Shown: piece after piece, positions 62,879 through 64,000 of the stretch
How positions within the stretch are numbered: the first letter of the stretch is position 1
How the letters are laid out: each line of letters starts with the position of its first letter
NCBI GenBank assembly: GCA_964392575.1
Contig: CAYMQT010000002.1
Span: forward strand, 21,832 to 85,831
Origin: an uncultured Polyangiaceae bacterium
GTDB lineage: Bacteria > Myxococcota_A > Polyangia > Polyangiales > Polyangiaceae
Direction of reading: 5' to 3'
DNA: 64,000 nt
The notes under the pieces: generated by a model
Database searches by the model: none
What the model was told of the DNA's origin: nothing
What the model saw: the letters and a program-made list of their open reading frames with translations, nothing else
Program-made: the position numbers and the translations under genes

Positions 62879-64000
62879 TTAAGGGCCGGCTTCAGCTTCT
62901 CGGAGGGCCTGGGAAAAAGCCTCCAGAGTGGTGCTGATCTCGGTCTCGCCGTGGCTTCCGGAGACAAAAGCAGCCTCGAATTGAGCAGGCGGCCAGTAGA
63001 TGCCACGACGAAGGAGCGCCTGATGCATGCGTCCGAAGGCTTTGGTGTCGCACAATTTCGCGTCATCCCAACAGGTCACGGGCCCTGGATGAAAGAAGAG
63101 CGTCATCATGGACCCCACTCGTTGCACGCAAGTCGGAAGGCGAGAATGTTCGCACAACCGAAGCAGACCCTCGTACAGCGCTTGAGAGGTCGATTCGAGG
63201 CGAGCGTAGAGCTCGTCGTCGAGTTGAGCGAGGCTCGCCAGAGCCGCGGCGATCGAAATCGGATTTCCGCTCAAGGTTCCAGCCTGATAGACGGGACCGA
63301 GAGGCGCGATGTGCTCCATGATCTCGCGCTTACCGCCGTAAACGGCCAGAGGCATGCCGCCTCCCACCACTTTGCCCAAACACGTGAGGTCTGGTCTGAG
63401 CGAGAACCGACCCTGGGCTCCCGAGGGGGAGAGTCGAGAGCCGGTCATCACTTCATCAAAAATACTGACTGCTTGATAGCGCGAGCAAAGGGAGAGGAGA
63501 CCTGAGAGGAAACCTTCGACAGGCGGGACGCATCCCATGTTCCCCGCCACAGGCTCTACGATGACGGCCGCGATCTGGGGGCCGAGGCGAGCAAACAGAT
63601 CTTCGAGGGAGCGGAGGTCGTTGAAGCGCGCGCTGATGGTGTTTTTTGCGATGTCCTCAGGAACGCCTGCCGAATCTGGCGAGCCGAAAGTAGCGGCACC
63701 GCTTCCGGCTTGGACGAGCAAGCCGTCAGAATGTCCATGATAGTTGCCGTCGAACTTGACGATGAGAGGCCGGCCCGTAGAGCCGCGAGCGACGCGCAGA
63801 GCGCTCATCGTGGCCTCCGTGCCGCTACTGACGCAGCGGAGCATTTCGATGGACGGGTAGAGCTCAGCGATTCGTTCCGCAAAAAGAACCTCTGCCTCGG
63901 TAGAGGCGCCGAAGGAAAGGCCCTTTGTTGCCGCTTCCTGCACGGCACTCACAACGCGCGCGTTGGCGTGGCCGAGGATCATCGGGCCCCAGGAGCCGAT
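62879..64000 (-). CDS. hemL: Glutamate-1-semialdehyde 2,1-aminomutase (5' end beyond the window)
   Basis: The HemL pattern (SWGPMILGHA...SGTEATMSALRVARG...) runs off the right edge of the window. Confidence 0.9.
   Translation of the reverse strand: MGSWGPMILGHANARVVSAVQEAATKGLSFGASTEAEVLFAERIAELYPSIEMLRCVSSGTEATMSALRVARGSTGRPLIVKFDGNYHGHSDGLLVQAGSGAATFGSPDSAGVPEDIAKNTISARFNDLRSLEDLFARLGPQIAAVIVEPVAGNMGCVPPVEGFLSGLLSLCSRYQAVSIFDEVMTGSRLSPSGAQGRFSLRPDLTCLGKVVGGGMPLAVYGGKREIMEHIAPLGPVYQAGTLSGNPISIAAALASLAQLDDELYARLESTSQALYEGLLRLCEHSRLPTCVQRVGSMMTLFFHPGPVTCWDDAKLCDTKAFGRMHQALLRRGIYWPPAQFEAAFVSGSHGETEISTTLEAFSQALREAEAGP

Overview
Gene-dense, fairly GC-rich bacterial chromosome segment. No rRNA, tRNA, CRISPR array, transposase or integrase was recognised by eye. 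The gene content (pilMNOPQ, two eukaryote-like Ser/Thr kinases, a sigma-54 activator, DUF1592/DUF1552 pairs, a GldA/F/G-like ABC operon, many lipoproteins with G/S/D linkers) suggests a Myxococcota/Bradymonadia-like deltaproteobacterium; this is inference only. Recognisable housekeeping genes are cdsA, gdh, secA, rseP, rsmB, dapA, dapB, lgt, a SMUG1-type UDG, thiC, yacG, hslO and hemL (partial at the right edge). Less ordinary content: (1) an ECF sigma / anti-sigma / beta-helix lipoprotein module next to a DUF1592/DUF1552 pair; (2) a decayed RHH/PIN toxin-antitoxin remnant; (3) an orphan Hint C-terminal fragment with a Cys-rich tail; (4) a roughly 77-150 bp repeat element present twice in opposite orientation, one copy in the thiC leader; (5) many in-frame 15/18/21-bp tandem repeats, two of which re-copy a gene's 3' end with its stop codon; (6) the most interesting locus, directly downstream of pilMNOPQ: a 1409-aa Ser/Thr-kinase/TPR/GAF/sigma-54-AAA+/HTH fusion translationally coupled to an orphan Dam methylase and an SH3b membrane protein. 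All functional calls come from motif recognition in the supplied translations, with no database search. Start codons are often uncertain.
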